Source: Fimbriosthenelais zetlandica (Eukaryota). Taken from it: a DNA stretch of 64,000 nucleotides. Where the stretch lies: the NCBI GenBank assembly GCA_977030845.1, contig OZ365112.1, positions 25,730,001 through 25,794,000 of the forward strand. The letters run 5' to 3'. The notes below the pieces were generated by a model. That model was not told where the DNA came from, ran no database searches, and saw only the letters and a list, made by a program, of their open reading frames with translations. Shown piece by piece: positions 26,573 through 39,339 of this stretch (the first letter of the stretch is position 1; the number at the start of each line of letters is the position of its first letter). The translations under genes were made by a program, and so were the position numbers.

Positions 26573-28416
26573 TCTGTGTCATCGAAGCCAGGATGACAGA
26601 GGGGGGCAGGGATTTTGTGAGGAGTAGGGGCCAGAAGGCCAGGCCATGGAAAAGTTTCTGCGGATGCAAAGCATTTTTCCTCATAGGATCTAGTGCTAGG
26701 TTCTTGCAATGATCAAACACATCCTGTTTTCAGCGCTTAACATCTTCCAACAAGTTCTTTGTATTGTGTAATTCTTGTCAAGAATGCTAACAGTTGGCGG
26801 TATACTTCGCAGGATCCCTTGTCACAATAAGTCAGGTCGTGTGTGTCATCCACGTCGCCTGGCAGTGGCGGTGTAGGGATCCGGGTAAAGTAGTCCCAGT
26901 AAAGTAGTTCCGTCCTCGGTGACGAAATGATCAAGACCACTTTGTGGAGTCCTGTTTTACTTCAGGAGCTGAGAGACGAAGAGATGACAGACACTGAATG
27001 GCCAGACATGTCCTCACAAACTGATAGTGACGCCATGTCAGTTGGAGGGCCATTTGTAGCCAGTTTACTCTGGCCCTCCCCGAATCACCTCTCATAGGGC
27101 CACACATCCTCCTCGCGGGGCTGCTGGCTCCCCCGGCCATTCTTCGTGTTTTGTCCTGAGTTTTCTTTTCGGATTTTTTTCTTGCAAGACATTATTGTAT
27201 TATTTCAGCTGATGTTCATCACTCTTCTCCCATGTGTGTCTGCGTGGTGATGGGACGTAGGGATTGAAAGGCCAAAGTCCCCTATACCGGGACTTCACTT
27301 TCAAATGGATTTTTAATGGATTTAAAGGCCACAGCCCACTATGCCTTGTATTCAAATGATTTTTCCAGTAGACTACTTCTCCCTACTCTTGAAAATTTGA
27401 CTTCAAATCTAACACTGCTATTTCTGAGCTATACTTTCAACTCCGGTTGCAATTCCAGTTGAGATTCTCTCCCAAAGCAACTTCCTTGAATCTTGAAGGC
27501 CTACAAATGAATGCTTTGTCAACCCAGCTCGACTGTTGCGCCCCACAGTGGGTCATGCCCTTAATTGCCTTAAATGATGAAGCGGAGACAACAAAAGTCA
27601 GGGTAGAGACACGTGTCATTCGAGGTTAGCTTCTCTATGCATTCACTGACATGACACATTCATGCATTATGTATGAGCAAGTGAAGTGAATGTAATAACT
27701 TTTGGAATCCTTTAATGTTCACACGGCAAAAGCCTTTTGCGTATTCTGCCCAATTGGATCATTCATCATTCTTTGAACGAGAAAACCCCCCATGTAGTTT
27801 TTGACGCCCCTTTATGAATGTCTATCGACAGGGGGCTTTATCATAAAAAATGAATGGCTGATCCAATACATTGGCAAAATTTGACACATCTCTTCTTTGT
27901 TTAAACCCGATCCAACATTATATATGAAGAGACCATCCTATAGCTTTCTGTGATGTATGAACACACACTGCTTTCATTAGGACCAGCTAACGATACATAC
28001 CCTGCCCCTGCTCCTGCACCAGTTGATAGGCTAGTTCCTCCAGTAAATGACCATCTGACCACTCCATCACTTATGGTCATTTACCCAGGTGACCAAAGGA
28101 TCCAATGATACCCTCATGCCTTACATCACTGGTCATTTGACAGTGGACAGGTGCCTTTCATTACCCTCTCACTTGACATATTGACCTCAACCAACACAGG
28201 TAATCCCCTAAGATGACCTTCGTTTAAACATCCCGGGAGAGCTCTCAGCAGACGTCCGCAGGCTTCCATTCTTCATTCTAATCTTTGGTGGGAGGTTCCT
28301 ATATGTGTGGTCTCCTACTTGTGGCTAGGGTCGATGATCTCTGAGCTCTATTCAACCTTAGAGTGACTCCTCTAAGCTACTGCTCTATTGGCATTAAACT
28401 GGCCATTGGCTTTATG

Positions 28417-28839
28417 TACGGAAGCCGAGAATGTTCACAGAAAAAAAAAAAAAAAAAAAAAAAAATTTACAAATTCCAAATTTTTTTCTTTTTTATTGTA
28501 TTAAAAAATAAAAAAAAAATAAAAAAATAAACTTTTTTTTTCCAAATCTCGTTTCAAATCTCGTTTTCATTTTCATTCTCGTTTTCGTTTTCATTTTTTT
28601 TTTTTTTTCAAAAATCTGAAATCTCGGGAGCGCGAGACTTACTTAAAAGACATTTTTATTTGAATGTAGCACAACCAATCATTAACTATCATGATAACTT
28701 GCTGATGTCAATAGTCAAATTGTATTAATTTTGGTTATTAACTGAATTAAATACAAGTTTGAGTCGAATCTCGCGAGTGCGCGACCTTGATGTGGGCGAT
28801 AATACGTGCAAAATGTGAGCGAATCTGATGCAATACCCA
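28417..28839 (+). repeat. Left inverted arm
   Basis: Reverse complement of 29241-29601. The ~300-bp core differs by two substitutions plus homopolymer-edge changes, and this arm carries ~60 bp of extra AT-rich sequence after an A25 run. Confidence 0.97.
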
Positions 28840-29240
28840 ATTCTTGACATAGGCCCCCTTACACACTCTACAGCCATTTTTGTAATCATTTTTATATGAT
28901 TTTAACCAATGGCCAAGTTATTCTCCTGTAACCAGCTATGTAATAACAGAATAACTGTATAGGATCGGCTGATTATTGAGCACAAGCCTCCCTATGGGCT
29001 ATGGCCTGGGCCTGTTTCATGGGTTTATCCTTTATATTATTTACATTAAATATGAAGTCATTAGGTTATATAAAGCTGAATCGATAAATTTTATTGATTA
29101 ATAATATGAAATAATGCTGTAAAGTGATATTTTTGACATTGGCAATGTGGTCATTGTTGCCTACCCATGACAATCTAAGACGTTGCCAAGGCGCTCGAGT
29201 TGTCAAGGACCCAGCGACGTCTTCCTGACGTCACAGGAAG

Positions 29241-29601
29241 TGGGTATTGCATCAGATTCGCTTACATTTTGCACGTATTATCGCCCACATCAAGGTCGCG
29301 CACTCGCGAGATTCGACTCAAAATTGTATTTAATTCAGTTAATAACCAAAATTAATACAATTTGACTATTGACATCAGCAAGTTATCATGATAGTTAATG
29401 ATTGGTTGTGCTACATTCAAATAAAAATGTCTTTTAAGTAAGTCTCGCGCTCCCGAGATTTCAGATTTTTGAAAAAAAAAAAAAAAATGAAAACGAAAAC
29501 GAGAATGAAAATGAAAACGAGATTTGAAACGAGATTTGAAAAAAAAAGTTTTATTTTTTTTTTTTTTTTTTTTTTTACTGTGAACATTCTCGGCTTCCGT
29601 A
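29241..29601 (-). repeat. Right inverted arm
   Basis: TGGGTATTGCATCAGATTCGC...GGCTTCCGTA mirrors the left arm. Confidence 0.97.
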
Positions 29602-30186
29602 TTTATGTGATAACTAGGGAACTTGTTCCACATACTGCCCAGAAATTGGCCCTACACCAAGTCAATATATTTAACTTTTAAAATGAGGAAAAACTGCCTT
29701 TGGGTGTTCAACATTAACCTAAACCACTTTAGTAATTGAGAGCTTCTACCCATCTCTCACCACCTTCCCACCCTCTGCTTCCCTATCTCAAATTCAGCCC
29801 ACATGGCGACCATGTGCTAAGTCATAGCGACCTCTACGTCATCGTTGTGGACGTCATTAACGTCAGGATTTATCGGCTATCCTATATACTGCCGTGAAGG
29901 ATGGGGTTACCAGGCGCTCCGTCCCAGCTTCGAGGGTGGTGTCGAGTGAAGGAGGAATTCGTAAAATGAATTATTACAAATTTGCTACGTTGCTAATTTT
30001 TAGGTCAGACAGATACACTAGTGAAACTGAAAGTCTAGATGTTGCTTTCCAGTCAAAATATTAGACAGTCTGGCTGTTCAAAGTTGGGATTTGTAGAAAG
30101 TTCTTGGAATAATACAACTTTGAAACATCTTTATTCAGTTTACATTACTATTATTCTCAAGTAAATCTAACGTTGCCTCGAACTTT

Positions 30187-30820
30187 TTAATCATTGATCT
30201 TTCCTTTGATAAACTTCACTTTTTTCCCTTTTTCTCTTAGCCAAGATAGAGCTGGGGTGTATTGTAAGGCCTTGGGTGAATCAATAGGTCTACATTCCAC
30301 CATGTCCCAGACACCTGCATGAAATGAACTGAATACAAAGCTACATAGTGGGTCTGCACCCTTAGGGACTTTCCTTCCACTGTTCCTTCTATAGACCAAA
30401 GACTATACTAGCCAATGGTACCTTTGCATGTGTTGCGTGTGAAGCGGTGGCTGTTGCACTATGGTCTAGTTATTCAAGACCATTGCATCTCAGCCGTACA
30501 GAATCATGCGAACCTCCTGTGCTGTAGAAACATTACTATGAATATCACATACAGTGGTACAAAATATAGGCCCCTTTGTCTTCCAACCATATCATATATA
30601 CACCTGGGATTCAATGATATATATCTAGACCATTTGAGATGAGTTGATCCATCTTGATATCAAATTTGACCCAATTTCTAGGATCTAGACGTATGGGGTC
30701 ATCACGCTGAAGCATGATGCATATCAAATCTGTGCCATTTATATCAAGGGGAAACCTTTGGGGAAGAGCGTTGGTAGGGGAAAGGCGGGAGGGTGTTGGG
30801 GGACGGGGGTAGGTGATCAT
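30187..30820 (-). mobile_element. Possible L1 ORF2 3' remnant
   Basis: LSPTNALPQRFP (LSP.TP...NP.F.P), then KALQYTPALS (K.LHR.YYTP.RL). Confidence 0.25.
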
Positions 30821-33331
30821 AATGAAATGTGTCCCTTGAAATGTAGGTTACTTATATGATTGCACTGGATAGATCACTCACTGTTGATGGCATACCCCGG
30901 CTGCAGGGTGAAGAAAAGTACGAGCTTCTTTCTGCCTCATCCATGGCAGCACCTTTTATCCGAAATGAATTGAAGTAATGAGGCATCCCCATCTTTGTGC
31001 ACGGGGGAAAGGAACACCCGCCAGCCCTGAAAGCGTCATTACCATGCTCTTGGTCCACAATTGTGATCTCTGTCTAAACCTCTGACTTCAGGGGATATTC
31101 ATCACATGAATTACAGCTTGTTGACTTATGCACGGGACAAAAAAGGGAAAATGTCCCTCCTCATATCGGTAACAATTTTCATGTACATTTTCCTCTCTTT
31201 GACTGGAGCTAATGAGGCTCACATGAACGTAAGGGAATCGTGCCTTGGGGAGATGGAAGTGAGAAGAATGGGTGGGTTGTCTGTGCGAACACCAACACAC
31301 CCACACTGCATACGAGTATTGTCCACAAATGCACCGCCTCTGGATGTATGGTCCCCCTCCTGTAAAAATGCACTTCCCACGTCAATTACCAGCTGAAAAA
31401 AGCTTTGTAACATGTTTCTTACAAATAATCTTCAATTGGCGAGTATTGCAAAGTGTGTTCTGTCAAATTATTACCCTGCCAATGAAGGGGTCCTGGTTGT
31501 TACTGCCGCAGCGGTACAAATGCCTCCTCTGCAGTGTTGTTGTCCCTCTCCACAGATGTGTTTTATGTCTCTCTTCCTCCTGGCACTGAAGTACCTTCGC
31601 ATGCATAGCAACATGGCAATTGGAAAGGCACAGACAGAGCAATTGATCCTGGTAACAATGAATAAATAACATGGAGCTACACTTATATCCCTTAAATATT
31701 CTAGCCCCCTTTCCCTTCTCTCTCTTTTTTAACCCCTCAATACAACAGTACATGGTCGGTGTAAGTTTATATCCTTCGGGGACAAGAAGAAGGAATGGGG
31801 GCTAATCAATACATCTATTCTCCCCCCAATCATGAATTTGACAAGGGCACTAGCATGTTGCATGTTTTGCCAACCATTGATGTTGAAGTACATTGGTGGG
31901 ACACTAATTATTGTCATATTTTCCGAGGATCGTTAGTGCGGCCATCAAATTCAATTAGCCCTTACAGCACCGCTTCTTGTGGTGGTCCTATTCCGGAGAG
32001 GCAGTGAATATCAACCGACTCCAGTAACATTGCCCAAAAACACACCAATTTCCCCTTTCAGCTTCAGAAGAGACCCAACACTGATGTAAAGCTGTTTTTT
32101 CTTCTACTTCTTCCGAGAAGCTTAAGGCAAACGAATCTCTAGCTTGTACATTGACTTGCAGCAGTCTGTCTTCAGAATAAATCCCACCCAAGCCACCAGC
32201 GTAATGGGATTAAAAGTACAATGTATCATTACTATACCAAAGCGGGACTCAATAATACAATTGCGGAGACATTCTGCTTGGGAAACAAGAGACAGTTGTT
32301 TTCTTTCTCTGATTGCAAATAGCATTAGCTGAAGTGGACGAATAGCTCCCAAACAGTGAGCTGACACAAAATGACTAATGAGTGAAGACAATCAACATAG
32401 TTCATTACCACAGATAAGGCAGTTTGTTCCTTTTCAAAGCCCTCACAGAGAAGTGCATTAGGACGTTAATTGTCCTCTGCCTTGTTTTAATTGTGGCTAT
32501 TTTTTCCACTCTCCACAAACTTTCCTTCCATTCATTTGCCTTCTTTCATTGTCTTAGAAAGTGAATGATAAGTGGTGGGAGATCGAATGATTGGTAAATC
32601 TTTTCAGTGGAAACAAGCCATCGTTTGAGAGAAAAGGGGCTTTAAACTTTCTTCCCGCGCAGTCCAAACATCCACCGTGGCATGTAACATTTTCTCATTT
32701 CCTTCTCGGTTCATTTTTTTCAGAGAAGAACCATTTGGCTCTTTTATTCTTATTTAAGACTGATGGCGAGACCATGAACTGACACCAACTCGCCAAAAGT
32801 TTTCTGAACAAATGACTTTAATTCCAAGGAAATAATTTCCCTCCCACGAATGAATAGAAAAAAGCTTCCATGTAATTGGATTCAGTTTTGGTTGTGTGGG
32901 TGGGCAGTAGATCCTAATTATGGTGACCAACCACATATAACCAAAAATCCCAGGCGTCCTAATTAAGAATAACGACTGAGAGCCATCTTGGTCATTTACA
33001 ATACAGATCCACAGGAAACTAGAATTTGCATCCCATGGTCAGGTTTTTTTCCCAGAGCGATCCAGCCACAGATCATTGTGTCCTCGGTTGTCCATTGTGG
33101 ATACCCGATACCTCCTCTGAAACCACAGGTGGTCGGTGTCCAGTGGTCACTGGTCATCCAGGTGTGTCCATTTCTGTCAGCTCGGACACTTGAGCCTGTC
33201 ATCGAGGTGGGAGCTGAGCATGAACCCACCACCCTCCACCAGCCAGCAACCAACCACCAGTTATCTGGTCATAACTCAGCTTGAATGAGAAAGCCTGAAA
33301 ACACTGGCGCCAAAAATAAAATGCTCTCCGA

Positions 33332-33560
33332 GTGAAAAACCAAATTTATCTTGCTGCTGTGAAACACTTAACAATGGTGATGATTGATGATGCACTGGTT
33401 TTAAAGAATCCAATTAGTCAGTCACACAAATCAAGCTGCAAAGCAGCTTTTTGTGGGAAAGACATCTCCTCTTATCAATTCCACCCATTAGTGTATGTTA
33501 GTGAGGAATTCCTATGATGCACATACTCATTATGCTTTAGGGACATTTCTGATCCAACAC
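33332..33560 (+). mobile_element. Possible LINE RT catalytic-motif remnant
   Basis: MVMIDDALVL (YADD..L), AFCGKDIS (F...SG..IN) and YALG (YLG) occur in order. Confidence 0.3.
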
Positions 33561-33912
33561 AAGGACATGCCTCCATACACTTAGCCTTGGGACAACGCCC
33601 CAGAACTTCATATTCATCTAGAAGACGTAAAAAATACTATGGAGACAGATTAGTCTTGACATGTACTTGGAGTTACTTATAGAGTTCAACGGTTCCCATT
33701 ATATTCGGTGCACTTGTTCATTTTTTCGCGGAGACAAGTGCTTTTCAATGACCTTAAAGAATTTGATATTGAATCCCAATAGAATGAGTCGAGGACATCC
33801 TGTTTAAAACTCTCAAGTGTGGTTCGTCTCAGACCCACTTTTTATGGTCCATAGTATGCATTCAGTCCTTCAAGGACAGAGCACATCATGTATTCAGCTT
33901 CGGACATATATA

Positions 33913-33948
33913 GTTTTTGAATGGGGTCTGGTTTTTGAATAGGGTCAG
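33913..33948. repeat. 18-bp tandem duplication
   Basis: GTTTTTGAATGGGGTCTG / GTTTTTGAATAGGGTCAG. Confidence 0.85.
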
Positions 33949-35717
33949 GTTCGTCCAGGTCCCCCTCGTTTTGCCGGACACGGGCAGTGCCCTGGCTTAA
34001 AGGGGCAGCTTGACCATTGTGGTGAGGTCCACTGTCTGCACATTGTGGTCAGCTACAATTTGTTCTATACATAGTGATGGATTTGTCTGAAAAAAGAAAG
34101 GCCTCACTCATCCGATAAACCAGCAATGCTTTATCCTGGAAAGTCGAGACAGCTTCCCATTCACCTCATCAAATTAGATCTGAAAATATTTTTCTTGCGG
34201 TTGCACTTTGTACCAACAACTATTTACAGATTTTGAATCCTCAGATTTGAATCCAAGATTAGAAATCCAGGGCAATTTAAAAACTGCATCAACCCCATTC
34301 CCAAACCTATAGAAAACAAGGCAATCTGTTTGGCTCCGGTTGGTAACAATGGCTTGAGGTATTTCCTTTGAAGAATGTGATGCATTTTCCAGGTGACCTA
34401 ACTCACAATCAAGTTGTATGGCCCAGACCTTTCATCATGACCAAATGTATAGGTAAAGTGAATTGATGGCCAATTTCTCCCTCTTTATTCAATTTTGATG
34501 GATCCGCCTACGAAGTCAGGTTCAATTGAACTTTCAATACCTCGCCACCTGTTGTTTCCGTTGCTAGGACTATGAGTCCAATTAATACCCACTTATGAAT
34601 AATCATTTACACATTAATTCTAATGATATTTTCACGCATTTAGGATAATTTCAACTGCATCTTAACCCCTGAAGGGCTTTTATGGGTGGGTCTCTGTCCT
34701 GAGATGAAAAGGTCACACCAAGATTCATTATATTTAAACCGGTATTTTTTCTCATTTATTTTTATTTTTGAAAAAGATTTCTCAGGTTTCCTATAGAATG
34801 AACTAGCCACCTGAACCAAATCCCACACCAGGGACTTCTCACATCCTCAGTCCAAATCATAGAGATTACTCTGGGACCATTCAACCTTCTACTGTTTATG
34901 TATTCATTGCTAGCGTACACTTCACAACATACAGATCCAGGCCAGTCCTTCTTACCCAGATCACTGATTGAATAGCTCCACCCATCCTTTTTATCCCCAT
35001 TTTCCTCGTATTTTCTGATAAACATCTTTTAGACGTCCTGTATACATTCTATATCTACCAAGTACCCTGCTGTTACGTCCATATCTTCTACCATTGCTAG
35101 AATTGGACATATTGGTTCGGATTTGTTTTGGCCTTTCAGCAAGAAAAAGAAAAAAACGGTCGTGCAAGCTATTTGCCATTGTTGTGTTCTGGGACCCACC
35201 ACCTACTCTTTCGTGGAAAAGAGATAAAACACCCCATATACAGTATGTTCGTGAAGCAGTAACATTTGTTTCAATACAGACACTTGTTTGGCTCCTGGCC
35301 ATCCAGGCCTGCGGTGCTCTGGGAATCATTTCCAATCAGGTAAATTCACCTTGCCATTTGGTATTCCGATCGGTATGATATTGCAAAACCAGGGGTCGTT
35401 TAATAAAAACCCTATAGATTTCCCATAGATCAATGTCATGCAGCTTTTTTATGAGACAACCCTAGTTACCTCGTGAGAGAGTGCATGGCCCACACGCCCC
35501 ACTAATAGACTATCATTATTTGGGCGGATTAATTGCTATCTTTCATAGTCACAAGGCCTGGCTCTAATGCCCTTAGCATAACTTTGCAATTTCTTGGTGA
35601 AAGCACCTCATCAATGGTCAGCGCATTACCTGAATGCAGGTGTCGTAGCTGAAAGGAAAAATGTGTTGAATTAGTACCTTTCACTATACATAAAGATGCT
35701 CTTTAAAGGGTATCTAT

Positions 35718-37267
35718 TTGGCGCATCAGACGACGCAACCTTTCCATCAAAATGAGACGCAGCATGCTATCAATGAAAGAGCGTTAATGATTGATCATAA
35801 GCTGGGGCGGCTCCTCGCTGACGCCGGGGACAAAAGTTTCCAATTTGACATGGGGATCGAGCCGCCGAGCTGCGGAGCCTTCTTATTCCACCTCGGCCCA
35901 GCGATTCCATTCCATTTTCCCATGATCCAAACAACATTGAAATCTGCTTCATCATCTGCCCGGGGAAAATTGGAATGAAAAGCCAATGATCTTTGATGAA
36001 AGATTAATGCCAGTAGTGTGTCCCATCCCCAGGGCCAATGGGATGATTTAACCCCGCCGATCTCTGCGTTTATCTAATGGCCATTGCCAGGGGTGCCACT
36101 TCAGATCTCTGTAACGCCCTTTTCCAATTAGTTGTCATCAGTCTCACCAAATCAGAGATGACAATGTTTTGCTTGGGGAGCCTCCGTTCCCTTTATCCCT
36201 GTTTAAAAGCAGCGTTGCATAACTTCTGCCCACTCCCAAGTAAATCGCACATTTTAATCAGTAGTTAGATCCCCAATTAGGCCCAGTTATGCAGTCTTGA
36301 CCTTGCCAGCCCGCCCACTTTCATAATTGCTGCTTAGGAAACTTACCCACTGTCTGCCAAACTCCATTCTCTAAAGCTGCCTCCCCCACCCACAAAGATT
36401 TCCATTGAAGTACCAGGCGTCTATGATGACTAATGAAATTCATCAGAGCTCAATAATTGAAGCAGTGTTTGGTCTCAGTACTGTTAAGGTTGAATAAAAC
36501 CTAATTATGGAGCATTTCCCGCCGTCGTTACTTGAGATGAGAGCTTGAGCAGTGACACAAGTTTGCTTTTCCTCTTGTCATCGGTTTAAGCCACCCATCG
36601 CTTTTCTCTCCATACCAATTAAACTATCCGACCACAAGTTCTCCAGACTCATGCGCTGCTTTGTCTTCAGTCATTCTGAGATACCATAGCGCCCTCATGC
36701 CAATCTCCTGATGAGAAATCTCCATTAAAGATCCTTTAAAACGCACGATTACTTAGGTTACTCAGCGCAGTATGGGCGCTGTTCGTAATCGGACCCCAAG
36801 TTGAGATGTCAACAACCGTAGTGTCACAGGGGCAGGGCCCTTTGGCTGTAGGCGCCTGTCTTCAGCTATAGGAGTGGCGAAAGAAACACAATACCCCATT
36901 GTTGCCTTAATCATGTAATAAGACGGCATTTCTAGTGCATCAATAGCATTGCCTCGTTGCTCGAATGTCAACTTTAATGCAGAGAGAGGGCATAGGGCAA
37001 TGCATTGAGAATAGAGGGCACTGGGACAATATATTTGAAGTATAGAAGGCACATCTTATGGAACATTGCATGCAGTTATCACAGCTTGCGGTGCTCCCTT
37101 TCCTTGAGCATACTGAGGACAACATGAAAAATCGAGCGAATCCTGGCCTCGTCCATCGCAAATCCTGCCCTCGTATATCGCATGAGTTAGTTCCAGCTAC
37201 GAGGAGGGGCATTGGTTTTTGGACCTCCTTAATTGGACTCGTTTGCTGGGACAAGTTCCTTGATTGA
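35718..37267 (+). mobile_element. Degenerate L1 RT core to post-RT remnant
   Basis: QPFHQN..AINERALMIDH..LLADAGDKSF..FHLGP (Q.GF..GR...NIRRLLNII..LLSLDAEKAF..FG.GP), VCPIP (GCPLSP), SLYA after a 1-nt indel at 36106, SKSHIL, CLG, and CPRISHEL...RGIG (KPRI...L...GGLG). Confidence 0.55.
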
Positions 37268-37836
37268 GAGACGTTTTATCTGGCCAAATGCCGCTTGTTT
37301 GCAGCTTGTTCCACTCCCATTGATTGTGAAGAATGAGTCTTGAAAATGACTCAAAAACCAAACGAAAAGGCTATAAAACTGATTTACCTAGGTAATCCGA
37401 GGACAAGGGAGAGATAATCCAATGTAATTTTGGTTTGTCTCAGATAAAAGAGTTTTAATTAATAAATTTCATTATTTCTCTCGGATATTAAAATCATTCA
37501 TGTACACGCAGCGTGGACATTCTTGTTCGATCCCATGTTTGTGCCGTATTATTTGATCCACTCCATAGATAACTCCCAAGCAGTACAGCATAAAAATAAC
37601 TCTGTGATGAACTAAACTGATCATGGCCAGATAAGCTGCTTATCATGACGCATCAATGAGGAGTGTGGCTTATCCCTCATATCGATACCATTATCCTTAC
37701 CCATTGCTTTCAACTCGGTCAGCCTCTTGATCCCTCGTGCTCCGATGATCCGCCTAATCTGGGATTAGTATAGGCGTATGTGGTATCTATATTAAATCCT
37801 CTATGTACTGATTCTCCACTCTGCTCCTTCTCTATC

Positions 37837-37856
37837 TATATATATATATATGTATA
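37837..37856. repeat. (TA)n microsatellite
   Basis: (TA)7 followed by TGTATA. Confidence 0.8.
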
Positions 37857-39339
37857 CCTTTAATGGTATGGTCGAAATAATCATTGAACTAAGCAGCGGG
37901 CGAGCAGCCTAGCGTATAATCTAGTAAGGTCTATTTGTCAGATAGATGCATCACCTTGTATATCAAAAAGCACTGGAGCAGCTGCAATCCTCATGTACTC
38001 CGTCCCTAATCCTTAACTAAATCATTTATAAATTATGATATTTGAATTTAATTAATGTAATGCTGAAACATTAAAGATTCTCGCACCCACTCACATTGAT
38101 TGTATAGTTGATAGAGACTGGATGGGTGAAGCATGAGACGCGTTTATGCCGGTAATAAATCGAGGCATCAGCCGAGACTTGATTCCCAGCATTAAACTCA
38201 TCTAATTCTTGACGGGTGAGGGCTCTGTCTCCTTTAGTACACGTCTGAAACGTTGGATTTCACTCCAGTGGATTATGGTCCCAATATCCTTGCGCGATTT
38301 GTAGCAATAATAGTCAACAAAAACCACCACATCAGTGTACTAAAATAGTCATAGAGTCCCAGACAAAGTCTCTGAACTGCAGACATCCATCCCCTCAAAA
38401 ACCATTCAGTAACTCGAGTAGCCCTGTCAACTGGCTACAGCCATAATTCAATCCGAACATCATTAACGAAATATTAAACCATTGAGTGGCACAGCAAAGA
38501 GAACTTTCACTTCTTTCCTGTTATGAGATGCACAAGTCAAATGCAACCGCCTTCCCTGACGTGGTGCATCTATACATCTAGATCTATTATTAATAGGACC
38601 ATGGAGGGTAAAGACTTCCATTTAGTCAATGTAATAGACCAATATCCTTTAGGAAGGATTGTGTTAACCATGCATGCCTCTTCTCTATCTAAGTGGATAT
38701 CGATAGCTAGACATTGTATATTGAGAGTGGGGGTTGTCTGGTCTAGGATCGCAGGATAGGTTATTTGCGTGATCAGGCCCCCGAGTAAGATACATGCCTT
38801 TCTCGCCGGGTTGCTTTTCCAGAAGTGATTATACTTCATAATGAAGCTGAGAAGCCTGATACAGGCTGTGTCTACTTGTCTTACTCCTTTGCAGTCCACT
38901 TGTAAATGGTCACTTATATTTGATTACAATCATTTCATACGGTAGACGCCACGTTTGTTATACAGAAAGAGCTGTAGAAAGAGTGTAATCGGCCTGTTGA
39001 ACAAGCAGAAAGTGCTGAGGATGCTTTTGCGTGTCCGAAAGTATCTATTGGCTCAAATTTTATGCAAGGACCAGACAGGCGATGTTAGCATTAGTCAAGA
39101 GAAACACAGGAACACTTCTCTGTTCCATTGAGCTATCAGCTTTTGCTTGCTTGGAGTTCAAAAAGTTCAACAGCCACCCATTCTTACACAAGTACAGTTC
39201 TGGGTGTATATAATATATATTGGGGGCACATACCAAACAATGGTATATGTATACATTGGTTTACACAAGGTACCCAGACTAGAGACCGTGTCATGATGCC
39301 CAGTTCCACAGACCCAGCTCAGCAGTAGTCTCTATGCCA

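Larger units (their letters stand above)
28417..29601. mobile_element. Non-autonomous foldback/MITE-like DNA element with long TIRs and 6-bp TSD
   Basis: The ends TACGGAAGCCGAGAATGTTCACAG and CTGTGAACATTCTCGGCTTCCGTA are exact reverse complements. TTTATG flanks both sides (28411-28416; 29602-29607). There is no transposase ORF. Confidence 0.85.

Noticed and set aside
27321-27712. TTAAAGG...CCTTTAA as Kolobok/T2-type MITE ends
   Set aside because: Complementarity does not extend beyond 7 bp, and other TTAAAGG/CCTTTAA pairs fail likewise.
29352-29681. Lys/Phe-rich ORFs
   Set aside because: They are translations of the A/T homopolymers and short repeats of the right TIR, not a transposase.
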